Part shown: one piece after another, positions 1-13,378 of the stretch
Numbering within the stretch: position 1 is the stretch's first letter
How the letters are laid out: the number at the start of each line of letters is the position of its first letter
Assembly (NCBI RefSeq): GCF_001194135.2
Contig: NC_068987.1
Span: 93,314,855 to 93,378,845, forward strand
Direction: 5' to 3'
DNA length: 63,991 bases
Source: Octopus bimaculoides
Lineage: Eukaryota
The notes under the pieces: generated by a model
Told to the model about the DNA's origin: nothing
The model's database searches: none
What the model saw: only the letters and a program-made list of their open reading frames with translations
Translations under genes and position numbers: made by a program

Positions 1-34
1 ATATATATATATATATATATATATATAGCGGTAC

Positions 35-67
<33 letters not shown>

Positions 68-1056
68 TACAGAGACAGAAAAACGGACTGAAAGACAGAC
101 AGAGAAATATAGACAGATAGATAGATTCAAATATTCATAAAATGAAATGGGAATATTTTGTGTAGAGTCTGTCCATAAATACTAAATATAGCTGCTTTTA
201 TTGATGTTTTTAAATGATTTCAATATTTTCGTATCGATATAGTAGATTGCCAAAATGATTTGATTATTTATTATTGGGAAATTATACATTGAGATTTTAT
301 GCATATATGTCTAAATAGATTCATTGAGTATATAAATTGTCTTATTGATTTATTGCTTTATGGTTATTAAGATTAGGTGTTTCTCAGCATTCATTTAGGA
401 TGCATTTTCTATATCATTAATTAAAATATTTTGATAAAAATTATGAAATGTTTTCAATCGGAAGATATGGAAATCTAAAAATGTGATGATATGAACAGCT
501 ATTTTATGGGTATTTTTAGATTCTTTGCAAATCACTTTTGCTCAACATAGAAAGTTTTACTGCTTTGGTAACATCTATTTTCAAATGGAAAAATTTGAAA
601 ACTGGGTATTACTGCAATGTTCAATAATTACTCCAGAATTTTTTGAAACATATTTATTTTGGCACTAAAGGAGGAAAGAAAATCAACCTATAGAATTGAG
701 AAAAAGAATTGTAACACCAAGTGGCAAGGAAATTCTTGACACAAACAGTGACCGGTCATTTTCAGACCATTGCATCGTATGTGAGGACAAGTTTCAAAGG
801 TCTTGCAAGTTAATGTGGTGTAGAATTTTCATTGCAAACATAATTTCCTTTTAAATTAGAACTGTGAAAGTTGACAAATATTTCACCACAGAGAAAGATC
901 TGGTCCCGACTTCTTTCAATTTAATTATCCCTATCACCTCCATCCCCAAAGCTACCAGCTCCTCTGCTTCCTTAGAAAAATTTGGAAGAAAGAATTAGAA
1001 GGAAAATTCACGAACCCAGTTTATAGCCGAATCCGGAGTAAAGTCGTAAACTGTTG

Positions 1057-1238
1057 TTAGACATAACTCAATATCTCTGCACCGTTTGCCTGGTAACCGC
1101 TCCTCATGTTCCCATTGTATGTTGAGGCGAAACTGTTGGCCATCAACTCGTCTGATCCTTCAGAAATTTGTTCTAAAACGCCTTTTGCTCTTTTAGGCAC
1201 AACATTCCAATGTCTGTTATAATCATTGAGTTGACACT
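1057..1238 (-). CDS. Candidate terminal coding exon of an unidentified gene: (E)CQLNDYNRHWNVVPKRAKGVLEQISEGSDELMANSFASTYNGNMRSGYQANGAEILSYV*
   Basis: The minus-strand frame opens exactly at a polypyrimidine acceptor (aatttcttttctgtaag|AG TGT CAA; an in-frame TAA lies just before it) and runs 59 complex codons to TAA at 1057-1059. An AATAAA occurs ~400 nt downstream (~655). The AAG acceptor is suboptimal and I recognise no homology. Confidence 0.4.
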
Positions 1239-4102
1239 CTTACAGAAAAGAAATTGGTGAATTGCTTCACCCCATGCTTGAACTATCTCGATAAACGCTA
1301 CTATTATTAGATACTAATTCTCTAACGAATGTGAACTGTGACTTTCTCTATGGCACATTACTCGAATAATGATGGACTGTTATCACTTAACAACATTCCA
1401 GAGGCACGATTCTATATATTGTTTAATGGTATACGCACTTCAGGCAAATAAATGATCCTAGAGAAACAGAACGATCAAGTGGTGACTACTCACCATCAAA
1501 AAGTGTCTGAATATTATGCAGATCCAGTGTAGTATTGCTTATTATCACTCACGATTTTCGGAGCCACAAATGTCGATCTCTTATTTTAGATGGTAAAAGC
1601 GAACCTGTCCACAAGAAGCTCAAAGAAACTCGCTCCAAATTTGACAGACGAATGTTATGTTGCGGTTAGGATGTAGCGTTCTTCACGGACGCTCTCAGCA
1701 TTGTTTTGCTAATTATGACTCATGAAACAAACAGCGACATTGATATTTCCCCTCATACATGAAGTAGTAAAGAGTATCTAGTTGACAGAAGAATAACTTC
1801 AACCTATTTCTAGCACCAGACGCTGACTGGTGTAAAATTATTCACCTGTGTATTGAAATGTAGGCTTAGTGAGAGGTCATCCATATGGTACATCCTCATA
1901 ACCAAGATTTATGACTTCAGCATTTCAATGTCTCGATTTCCAGAATATTGACGTCATATTCAAATATAGACATGTGGGTTTTGCATCGCAATTGCATCAA
2001 ACACACACACAATGATGGTCTCTAAAACAGCTTTCTTGGTTGTCTCTATAGGTTACTATTCAATCCGTTCACTGAAAATTTACTGCTGGTCAAAGCAATG
2101 ATTCAGCTACTGAAAACACAGCCAAGTGAGTTTACACTTAGAATGGTGGCTCGATAGTGATGGTCGACCGTCTCGAAACATTCGACAAATCTAGATTTAT
2201 CACTGGATCCAAATGGACCAAGTACACACAATACGATATGTCGTATGAGGTATGCGTTTTCTACGCCAGATGTCTAAGGAATCGTATTAGCGCAAATTAT
2301 ACTGACAACGAGCGTCGACTTATACCCCATTTTCGTGGTCGAAGGCTTTAAACCTGAATTGAGCTGGATTACATGTCTTAAAGTTTATAAGAGTTATAGA
2401 TAGTTTAACTTCCATCTTCAGTAGAGCTTCTGCTCCCGAGTTTAGACCGAGTTTGCTCCGAAACAGATATCTGCTCTACATGAAAATAAGAAATGAAAAG
2501 TGAATTTCGAACATCTTGGGGGCGGGATCCTCTATCTGAAGCAGTTTTAGCTAAGCCTTATATTTCTACCAGGAAACCAATAAGAAGTGCATATTCTGAT
2601 CAATCAAAGATCAATGTCTTTTTCTGGTGCTCCATGCAGTGTACATACTGGTTGGTATCATTTAACAAATTTTGTCTCCTCCACTTTGACACCATAGATC
2701 TTGCTCTGAAAAGTCGACATCCATGTTCCCCGTTACAGAGCTTCACCTGTTGTACATTTCCGTAGTTTCCCTTCCAGTATACTCATTATAGATTAGATCT
2801 GTTGATATCTACTGCAATATATTTGCCAGACTTTATCGATTATACCTTATTTCTTCTATTTAAGGTGACCTACTAAAGAGTCATCTTCTCAATTAAAATA
2901 AATATGCATAACGTCAAACATCACATTATTCCACCTACTTCAAACTTAACGATATTCAAAAGAATTGCTTATCTGTTCTAAGAAATAATTTCCACTTAGA
3001 TCAGCCATAGATAAAGAAAATTACTGTTTTTATTCTGCATGGCCTTGAGGTGTGTCCCCTCGAGGTTTGGAATCTAACAGTTTATTTATAGTGATAGTCA
3101 TCTTGAGAATAATGTTAGCTACTATTAGCATATCTACGATCACGAAGTGATTGTTATCAGAAAAAAATACACGTGATATTAAATGAACTGTAGGCAATAT
3201 AGGTGTCAAAACTATTCGTCATATTACGTAATCTTTTTAATTAATTCCATTTTCTGTATTTCAATAACAAGATATAGAACAGCAACCACTCAACTTCAAT
3301 CCAAAGGTTTCTCCTCACTATAGTATATATTGTGATGGCAGTAAGAATATAACATTTTGATTGAAACTAAAAATAATCACAACCATTTTTACGAAACCTA
3401 GTACATCTGTTCATCGAGTGAAATTTTAGCTATAGAATTAACTACACTAAACTTTTCTCAATTAAAATCTACGTTAGGTAAACTTTTGCAATTATATTAA
3501 GACAGACAGGACATAAATATTAACAGAAAATGCCAAATGCAGTTTGCTAAGCATATGTGAACAAGACTGGCATATCTTTGGATATTAGGACATATTAAAT
3601 AGTCTATAGAAGCGAATCAAGACTTCAGAACTTGATATATAAATGGATCAGTTCATCTTATCTATGAAGATATGCAAATCTAATTCCTGAAACAAGCGTC
3701 ATCTACTTAGGTTCATTACTCCACACTAAATCCACTAATGAACAAGACACGTGCATCTTCAGTCCGAAATCTTCTTTAGTTATCTTATTAAAATACTTCT
3801 CTTCTCTTTTCGTTTCTCTTTTCTCACATACACTGCCTAAAGCACAGTAACTACTCTCATTATGGCATCTATTCAATTTTCTCGTGCACAAATACATATG
3901 TAAAACGGGATTACGTATGTATGTATGTATGTGTATGTTTTTGAGTGATTGTGTGTACATTTGTGCGTATAAATGCACCGAGACAGTTAGAAGATACAGA
4001 TATAGTTTTACACACACACACGCACGCACACATACACACGCACACACATATATAAACATAAATATATGTATATATTTGAATGTATATACGAATGTATATA
4101 TC

Positions 4103-4139
<37 letters not shown>

Positions 4140-4207
4140 TATATACATATGTATATATACACATAAATATATGTATATATTTATATGTATAAACGTATGT
4201 ATATATC

Positions 4208-4260
<53 letters not shown>

Positions 4261-4405
4261 NNNNNNNNNNNNNNNNNNNNNNNNNNNNNNNNNNNNNNNN
4301 NNNNNNNNNNNNNNNNNNNNNNNNNNNNNNNNNNNNNNNNNNNNNNNNNNNNNNNNNNNNNNNNNNNNNNNNNNNNNNNNNNNNNNNNNNNNNNNNNNNN
4401 NNNNN

Positions 4406-4449
<44 letters not shown>

Positions 4450-4930
4450 AATATATGTATGTATGTATGCATATGTATATGCTGGAGAGAATTCTCCTTC
4501 AATGCGCTTGCCCTTCGCTGCTGTAATTTATTCCATTTTACTTTTGACATCTCATTGTCATCCTCCTGAATTTTCCTTAATTAGCTTTTGTGTTTATGTA
4601 AAGTAATAATTTTTGCCTTATATTCTTCACTATCCATCATTACAAACAATCTGATTTTGTTGTCCTCACAGATCTTTATCTTCTTCTATTTTGAAGAATA
4701 TAATGCATCTATACATATTTTTTTATTCAAAAGATGTTTGTTATTTTGTAGGACTATTTTATTACATTCCACGAGAAGTGGGTCGACAATTTGTCATCAG
4801 TATTTCTGTTGTTTTACTTTTTTAGGTTTGATTAGCTTTTGATAGAGATGGTTGATTTTTAATTTCTTCATTATATTAGAAACGTCTACACGAGTTGAGT
4901 CAGTATAAGACAAAGAAGAGAAATGACATA

Positions 4931-5151
4931 TTCTTTTCTTTTCTACTCTCGGCACAAGGTCCGAAATTTTGGGGGAAGGGGCCACTCGATTAGATAGACC
5001 CCAGTATGCAGCTAGTACTTACTTTAACGACCCCGAAATGATGAAAGGCCAAGACGACCTCAGCGGAATTTTAAATCAGAACGTAAAGACAGGCGAAATA
5101 CCGCTAAGAATTTCGCCCGACGTGCTAACGTTTCTGCCAGCTCGCCGCCTT
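4931..5151 (-). mobile_element. tRNA-derived SINE, family A (head aaggcggcgagctggcagaa), full length
   Basis: Reverse complement reads aaggcggcgagctggcagaaacgttagcacg...gaggtcgtcttggcctttcatcatttcggggtcgttaaagtaagtactag...ctggggtc...ccttgtgccgagagtagaaaagaa; homologous to six other copies in the window. Confidence 0.85.
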
Positions 5152-5408
5152 AATAGAAACGACATATTATACGATTCAATTCTTGAAAATGAGACTTTGA
5201 AGCTCTAGAAACTTTAAATATGGACTTAGGAATATTGATTTCCAAACAAACTCTAAAAGTTAGGGATGACAAATCTAAAATGCAAAAAGCTGTAAATTGA
5301 ACGTAGTTGCTTATTTGATGAAATACGTAAAGAAGAAAACGAGTTCCCCACATTTAGTAATAAATGTGTGTATATATAATTACGTACATGCATATATATA
5401 TATATGTG

Positions 5409-5455
<47 letters not shown>

Positions 5456-6105
5456 ATATATATAGTTTTATGTATGTATATATATATATGCATGAATAAG
5501 TATAAGTACATATGTGCACACACGAACATACAAACACGTGCACGCGCACACACACACACGCATACACACGCGCGCCCGAAGATAATTCATCTTACCATTT
5601 CTGAAAATTTCCCGATGATAGTGACGTAACGCCAAAATATTGAAATACGTGATAAAAATGTATACAATAAAATGTTGTATTATATTGTATCATTCCCTTA
5701 AAGTTGCATTTCTTGGGCTTTTAAAAAGTAAATTAAAGCACATATATATGTATATATAAGACAACACAATATAGTCATATGGAATACATATCGCCCACTG
5801 GAAGCTCCGAAGCATATAGGCAAGTTTGAAGATCGCCTCACAAGAATTGGCGTTAGTCTTCCTGGGTAGTCATAATCTCCAAAATGCCTTAATAAAAGAG
5901 TTTGTTATTAGTTGACAATGTATTCTTTGTTCTGCGTTAGGTTTCATATCATTTGGTGTAGTGGTTGGTTGCTGTAAAATATTAGTGTAACTTTTAATGC
6001 AAGTTTTGCTTCTTCATCCTTTAGTAAACGTTTTCCTTAACTGTTTTTGCGCCGATAAAAGGGTTTTAAATTGATGCTCAAATGACTTGTCACAGCGCAT
6101 TCAGA

Positions 6106-6200
6106 TGACGTCCCACGTGACAGAACAATTTGTGTAGCAAGCCGGGTGGAGTATCATTATGGAAAGTTGCATAACCCGTGTAATGTCCGCATTATAAAAG
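6106..6200 (+). promoter_or_regulatory. Possible promoter-like motif cluster (CRE-like TGACGTC, E-box CACGTG, TATAAAAG)
   Basis: TGACGTC 6106-6112, CACGTG 6114-6119, TATAAAAG 6193-6200 in a locally CpG-richer stretch. No downstream gene identified; could be chance. Confidence 0.15.
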
Positions 6201-6736
6201 AGATGAACTCACACCTCTCCTGTCGATACATATTTTTTATTTATCCCGCCTCTTTTCACACGTACACACACACATACATATATAAGAAAATAATTACGAA
6301 TGCAACCAAATGGTAGAGTAGAAGAAATATATAAACCTTAAAAAACACACAGTATATGAAAATTTATTTAGATCTTAATACATACATACACACATCCATA
6401 CACACATACAGCTGTCAAAACGTGAAGGGTGCACGCATTCCATACTTTGTATTTTTTCCGGAATAAATTTCAACTTTTATATGTTAAGCTTTGAATTCAC
6501 CTAAGGAAATCTACATTTTTTTTCAGGATGGAATCGGTTTGTTTATCAATAAAAGCGCATTTGAATGAGCTGTAGTGGACCTTACCCGTTTCTGTTCTTT
6601 CATTATGTATATAAATACATATACATGATATTTAAAGGAAAATTGAAGCTTCGAATATATGAAGTGGTATAAGATTTGTCACGGCATGTTGTTGAAATAT
6701 TCGTAAAACATGAAATAAACGTAATATCATAGGTCG

Positions 6737-7180
6737 CATATCCGTTCTTAACCCTTGCACTTTTGAAATCTGTAGATTTCGATGGAGTTATATGAACGTA
6801 TTCAAAATTAAGTAACATCTGGAGTGGTTACTGGATTTGATTTCGATCTTCTATCGAAAAATGTGTTCCTACTTTACCTGGAAATGTAGATTCTATGATG
6901 GGAAAATGGAAGTGAATCTAGATTATCTTTCTATATTTCTTCGTACGCCTTCATATATTTTCCCAGAATTCTATTTATTTTTGATTTGTATTACCTAAAG
7001 GAGCAATGCAATTAGGGAACTGACCAAACTGTGCGAAGGCTAACAATAGAATAAATAGAATTTGTAGTAAACATTGTTATATGGAAGTAGAAAGAGACAA
7101 AAGTAATACCAGTATATAGGAGAATATTAATTACAGTAACATATATACAAGTTATATACACAGAGGAATACATACTCTGA
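6737..7180. repeat. Direct duplication, copy 1 (partner 12913-13330)
   Basis: Colinear non-microsatellite sequence, roughly 85-90% identical by eye to 12913-13330 (offset 6176). Confidence 0.9.
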
Positions 7181-7323
7181 CACACACACACACACGCGCA
7201 CATTTTGTATATGTATATATATGCGAATATATATATATATATATATATATGCGAATACATCGATGAACATATGAGTGGACATGTATAAATAGCCAGATAG
7301 TAACACACAAACGCATCCATGTT

Positions 7324-7357
<34 letters not shown>

Positions 7358-8173
7358 TCTGCGTGCGTGTGTGTGTGTGTGTGTGTGTGCGTATGTATAT
7401 ATGTGTATATGTATATGTATATATATATANNNNNNNNNNNNNNNNNNNNNNNNNNNNNNNNNNNNNNNNNNNNNNNNNNNNNNNNNNNNNNNNNNNNNNN
7501 NNNNNNNNNNNNNNNNNNNNNNNNNNNNNNNNNNNNNNNNNNNNNNNNNNNNNNNNNNNNNNNNNNNNNNNNNNNNNNNNNNNNNNNNNNNNNNNNNNNN
7601 NNNNNTATATACACGTATACGTATTCAAATATATGTGTGGATATATTATACATGTACACATACATATATGCGCACATAATTATAGATATGCTTAAATATA
7701 TATATATATATATATATACATATTCTGAGAGAAAGAGACAGAGAAAAGGAGCGAGAGACGAAATAAGAGAGAAAAGAACGAGAAACACACGCTAGCTAAT
7801 AGATAGAGGAAGGATAAGTCGTATGTAAAAACAAATAACATCATCTAGAATCCTGAAGCTGACAATAACAGCTAAGGTAAAAACAACAAACACCAATGAA
7901 CGACTGAAAGCTTCTCTCTAATAGGAACTGTTTCTACAATAAAGCGGTAATGTTTATATGAAAAATTAAATTTGAAAAATAAGTAGAAAACTCACAATAC
8001 AGCTGTGTAGTTGTTGATATGGAAACAATGATTCCATTTCAAATTTTAAATGTTATATTCACTTTTTAAATTACACAGATCTTTTCAAATATGTATTTCA
8101 ATATTTATTCGAATGAATCTGTATTTATGTTTAGGTTTCTGTTTGAGTTTTTCTATGCACACAATTATTCATA

Positions 8174-8212
<39 letters not shown>

Positions 8213-10378
8213 NNNNNNNNNNNNNNNNNNNNNNNNNNNNNNNNNNNNNNNNNNNNNNNNNNNNNNNNNNNNNNNNNNNNNNNNNNNNNNNNNNNNNNNN
8301 NNNNNNNNNNNNNNNNNNNNNNNNNNNNNNNNNNNNNNNNNNNNNNNNNNNNNNNNNNNNNNNNNNNNNNNNNNNNNNNNNNNNNNNNNNNNNNNNNNNN
8401 NNNNNNNNNNNNNNNNNNNNNNNNNNNNNNNNNNNNNNNNNNNNNNNNNNNNNNNNNNNNNNNNNNNNNNNNNNNNNNNNNNNNNNNNNNNNNNNNNNNN
8501 NNNNNNNNNNNNNNNNNNNNNNNNNNNNNNNNNNNNNNNNNNNNNNNNNNNNNNNNNNNNNNNNNNNNNNNNNNNNNNNNNNNNNNNNNNNNNNNNNNNN
8601 NNNNNNNNNNNNNNNNNNNNNNNNNNNNNNNNNNNNNNNNNNNNNNNNNNNNNNNNNNNNNNNNNNNNNNNNNNNNNNNNNNNNNNNNNNNNNNNNNNNN
8701 NNNNNNNNNNNNNNNNNNNNNNNNNNNNNNNNNNNNNNNNNNNNNNNNNNNNNNNNNNNNNNNNNNNNNNNNNNNNNNNNNNNNNNNNNNNNNNNNNNNN
8801 NNNNNNNNNNNNNNNNNNNNNNNNNNNNNNNNNNNNNNNNNNNNNNNNNNNNNNNNNNNNNNNNNNNNNNNNNNNNNNNNNNNNNNNTTCATATATGTGT
8901 ATATAAACGGGTGAGCAAAAAATGGTGTAATTTATATATGCTTGGAAAAGAAAACACAAACGTGTGTGAATATGTATGTGTATATATTTTTTGGATCTAT
9001 ATGGCTATATGCATAAAAACATATAGACAAATATTTGTATGCACGTATGGAATGTATGTAGGTATGTATATATGTATGTATGTATACTAAGTTCTACTAC
9101 ATTTTGTGTCTCTCGAATTCCCATCATATATTGTTTTTGTCACGGATGAAGCCATATGCCAAACATGACGTACAAGCTCACATTCAACAACATATGTTAA
9201 GTAGTCTTAAACTGATTCCGAATAATTCCTCCAGTGTTAGTCTCTGAACTGCCATTCTACAGTGAACTCCTAAAAGCGAATGCATTCAAAAGAAAATTTG
9301 AACCATATACCTTTAACAGGGGTAAGTATTCACAAACCCTATAAAAAGGAAACAGAGCATATTCTTCAAATCCACTTCAGTCTAAACTTGGTATCAATAT
9401 TGTCATAAAACATTTACTAAGCGAGTATACATGAAAGATATTTGTCAAGAAGATGACTATTTGTCAAGAGCTGCACTTGAAATCATAATCACACCATTGA
9501 TGCGTTGAACACCATATATAACTAGAAACATGTATTCGTGTTATGAAATGTGATGCAGCTCCTCTGAATCATACTTATGGAGTTTAAATGCTATACGTGC
9601 ATTCGTTGTCGACATGTAATGGGAAAGCAACATATTTTGCCACAGATAATTAGAAAGTCATAACAGTAAATATAAATTTACACAGCGATTCTCCTCTTTA
9701 AAATTGTTCCGAGAGGAGCATTCTACTTAATTATGCATCTTCTACGTCCTCTTTACGACGGAGACATGGTCGACGGTGAAACTGTACTAAAAGCGGATGA
9801 AGGAAAAGTATTTAAGCTCTGGAAATGAAATAGAATTTAGTGGCATCATGTTTAACCTTCCCACTACAAGAAAATATAATTGTAGGATTACCGGATGTAC
9901 TAAATTATGTATCAAATATCATTCATTGTTACGGGAGTGGGTTACGGGAGTGGGTTATTGTCGGGTTGAAACCCCGTTGCTAGTTATATTTTTTTCAGTT
10001 TAGACTGGGTCAGCTCAAACGTAAAATTTCCAATGTTTTCTTTTCTTACGGATCTTGTTCATTTAATACCGAATTACATCCTGCTTTGGCGGGAATATTA
10101 ATGAGTCGTAGGTCTGGCTAATATTTCTGTTAGGCTGGTAGATAATCTAAAGGTTCCCATGTTAATCTGAATTGTTAAGGAAGCAACTCATGGCGTAGTT
10201 CCCATTAGGTTTTGTTTCATGAAATTGGTTTCATTTAGCATAATTCTTCTATGCTCAAATAAACCCACTCTTTGCAATCGCTAACAGGAAAGCTGCTCAA
10301 CTCAAAATTTAGTACTGCAAATACACAATTTAGTACAGCAGATACACAGATACAAATATATTAAATGGAAATAATTTT

Positions 10379-10697
10379 TACATTATTTATATTATCTATA
10401 TTTGACGGATATTTGTCCTCATCTTGTTTGTTGCTAACAGAATGTTTCGGCTGATATACCCTCCAGCCTTCACCAGGTGTCTTGGGGAAATTTCTAAGCC
10501 GGATTCTAATTCCTAGGGTATTTTTCAATGTTATTATTATTAGTATTATTATTTCCCCAAGATACCTAAAGAAGGTTGAAGAGTACATCAGCCGAAATGT
10601 TGTGTTAAAAACAACCAAGATGAGGACAAATATCTGTCAAATGAAAATAATATAAATAATGTATATAATTTCTCATCCCTTAAATATAGACCTGTAG
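10379..10697. mobile_element. Divergent inverted pair of the hammerhead-bearing element (family H1)
   Basis: Arms 10379-10491 (minus) and 10551-10663 (plus) are reverse complements; both match 36485-36630 and 55105-55200. Confidence 0.85.
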
Positions 10698-11334
10698 ATA
10701 TTTTTGTTTAGAATAACGAATATCACGATGATATGGGGTGGAGTGCAGCAGACATAGAATATTGTTTCAAGTCCTTGTTCAGTTCCTGATTTTGATGGAG
10801 AGGACACCTCGATGGACCTAAAAGGTATAGGTGGGAGTATGACATGTCTTTACACTTATTTTCGATCCTAAATATGGCGCACAGTTCTTCATAAACTGCA
10901 GCTGATATTCTTTAAGCACATTGATGTATCGATACTGTATTTGGTAGCGTTGTTACCGTTTACTCCGAACGCACAGATTTCTCTAGCACTGTGTTGTTAT
11001 TTGTCTTATATCGAATAAATGCTTAGCTGATCCTAGATTAACTTTTAGATTGCTCATGTGTGAATTGGTAGGAATCATTCTGTCTTATATTGCGAGTCTT
11101 CGTTTTCAATTAAAAGTCGGGATTATTTTTAAGTAGGTGGAGCTTGATGGTGGTGATGGTTAACAGAATGCTGACGTTCATTACATGGACGATATTCACG
11201 TAATTGATTATCATTATTCTGAATTCAATGAGGAGGAGGAGAAACAAAAAGGTGATGACATTGATGATGGTGATGTGAATATGATAGTAAATGTAAGATT
11301 GATGGGCATGAATGTGAATATATATTTGGTGATG

Positions 11335-11376
11335 ATGACGGGAAGGAAAAGAGGGTAATACGATGGTGATTATGGC

Positions 11377-11425
<49 letters not shown>

Positions 11426-11446
11426 ATGATGATGATGATGATGATT

Positions 11447-11477
<31 letters not shown>

Positions 11478-11478
11478 C

Positions 11479-11510
<32 letters not shown>

Positions 11511-11631
11511 CGATGATGATGATGATGATGATGATGACGATGATGATGATGATGATGATGACAATGATGATGATGATGATGATTATGATGATGATGATGA
11601 TGATGATTATGATGATGATGATGATGATGAC

Positions 11632-11681
<50 letters not shown>

Positions 11682-11682
11682 C

Positions 11683-11720
<38 letters not shown>

Positions 11721-11775
11721 CGATGATGATGATGATGATGATGATGACGATGATGATGATGATGATGATGATGAA
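11335..11775. repeat. Long (GAT)n microsatellite with GAC/TAT interruptions
   Basis: About 145 triplets; explains the poly-M, poly-H and poly-I ORFs. Confidence 0.97.
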
Positions 11776-12140
11776 ACAATAATTTTGACGAGGGGTCAAT
11801 AGCGAGGACAATGACAATACGGAGAATAGTAAAAAAAAAACGATAATGTTGAGGATGATGGTAATACTTGAGATTTGGCTGATGCAAATATTATACAATG
11901 TTATCAGTAGTGATTCTGTTAATGTCAATGAGTTGCGGTGATTGATAGTTTGTGTGCGTGTGTGAGCGCGTGCACGTGTGTATATACGTATATGTGCGTA
12001 TGTGCGTCGGTATTTACTTATATGAGTTAATTTGATCGCATTCGGTTTGTTATGGATTGACACTTTATGTTATGGATGTTATAGATTGACACTTTCTAAA
12101 GTGCAGTCTAGGGGATATAATGATTATAATGTAGCAATAA

Positions 12141-12343
12141 TCTTTTCTACTCTAGGCATTTTCGATGAGGGAGCCAGTCGATTAGAGCGACCCCAGTACG
12201 CAACTGGTACTTAATTTAACGACACTGAAAGGATTAATAGCAAAGTCGACCTCAACGGAATTTAAACTCAGAACGTAAAGACAGACGAAATACCACTAAG
12301 CATTTCGCCCGGCGTGCTAACGTTTCTGCCAGCTCACCGCCTT
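12141..12343 (-). mobile_element. SINE family A, near full length
   Basis: Matches 4931-5151 along its length with a small deletion near the 3' end. Confidence 0.85.
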
Positions 12344-12778
12344 ATAACGTAACACTTTTAGTGGTAAGCAGAGACACCTAGTGATGACTAAGTGTCCATA
12401 TGTTTTCCGTTGCATTTAATTCTAATTGTAACTGGCATAAATCCAATATCAACTGTGGTTAAAACAAAAGCAGAATATTACTTTAAAAGCTCTCCGCCTT
12501 TAAATGCTGGAAATAAAACAGGTAAAAATTCATCAGCCGTAGACATAGTGATACAGGAAACATTTAAGCCAGCCGCATACACACTGTGAAAATGTTTGTA
12601 ATTTTTCGTACGCAAATATATCACCAACCTTGTTATTTATGAGTGTAATATCATAAACGTTGGTTTAACAGCTCGTAATCTATGCGGTTATAATGTACAT
12701 TCAGTAAGGAAAGTGACCATCGCATAGTGCTATTCTTCGATGCGATGAGCTTCTGTAGAATATGTGAGATATATTTGT

Positions 12779-12865
12779 CCGAGGTCGACTTTACTATTCA
12801 TCCTGTCGAAGACGATAAAATAATTACCAGTTGAGCACTGAGGTCAATATAATTCATTAAACCCA
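12779..12865 (+). mobile_element. SINE family A, central/3' fragment
   Basis: ccgaggtcgactttactattcatcctgtcgaagacgataaaataattaccagttgagcactgaggtc matches the family core. Confidence 0.7.
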
Positions 12866-12900
12866 CCCACGAACGATCGAAAACTGTGTTCGTTCTTTAC

Positions 12901-12994
12901 CTGGACATGTCCCATATCCATTCTTCACTCTTCCAGTTTTGAAATGTGCAGATTCCGATGGAGTTATATGAACGTATTCAAAATTAAGTAACAT
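12901..12994 (-). CDS. Candidate 94-nt exon MLLNFEYVHITPSESAHFKTGRVKNGYGTCP(G/E)
   Basis: ctccag| acceptor and CAG|GTAAAG donor; only one frame is open; the paralogous frame at 6818 is also open. No family recognised. Confidence 0.25.
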
Positions 12995-13330
12995 CTGGAG
13001 TAGTTACTTTATTCGATTTCGATGTTCTATCGAAAAATGTGTTCCTTCTTTACCTGGAAATGTAGATTCTATGATGGGAAAATGGAAGTGAATCTAGATT
13101 ATCTTTCTATATTTCTTCGTACGCCCTCATATATATTTCCCAGAATTCTATTTATCTTTGATCTGTATTACCTAAAGGAGCAATACAACTGGGGATCTGA
13201 CCAAACTGTGCGAAGAATAACAATAGAATAATTAGGGTTTGTAGAAAGAGACAAAAGTAATACCAGAATATAGGAGAAAATTAATTACAATAACATATAT
13301 CCAAGTTATATACACAGAGGAATAATACTC
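12913..13330. repeat. Direct duplication, copy 2 (partner 6737-7180)
   Basis: See copy 1; copy 2 lacks a ~20-bp segment present near 7066-7086. Confidence 0.9.
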
Positions 13331-13347
13331 CCACACACACACACATT

Positions 13348-13377
<30 letters not shown>

Positions 13378-13378
<1 letters not shown>

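Noticed and set aside
1846-2030. Minus-strand exon ending CAG|GTGAAT
   Set aside because: Stops in all frames between the plausible acceptor and the donor.
3703-9090. Many YI/CV/HT-rich and X-rich ORFs here and at every other gap
   Set aside because: Products of (AT)n, (GT)n and N runs.
11110-12063. Long poly-Ile, poly-His and poly-Met ORFs
   Set aside because: Translations of a (GAT)n tract in different frames.
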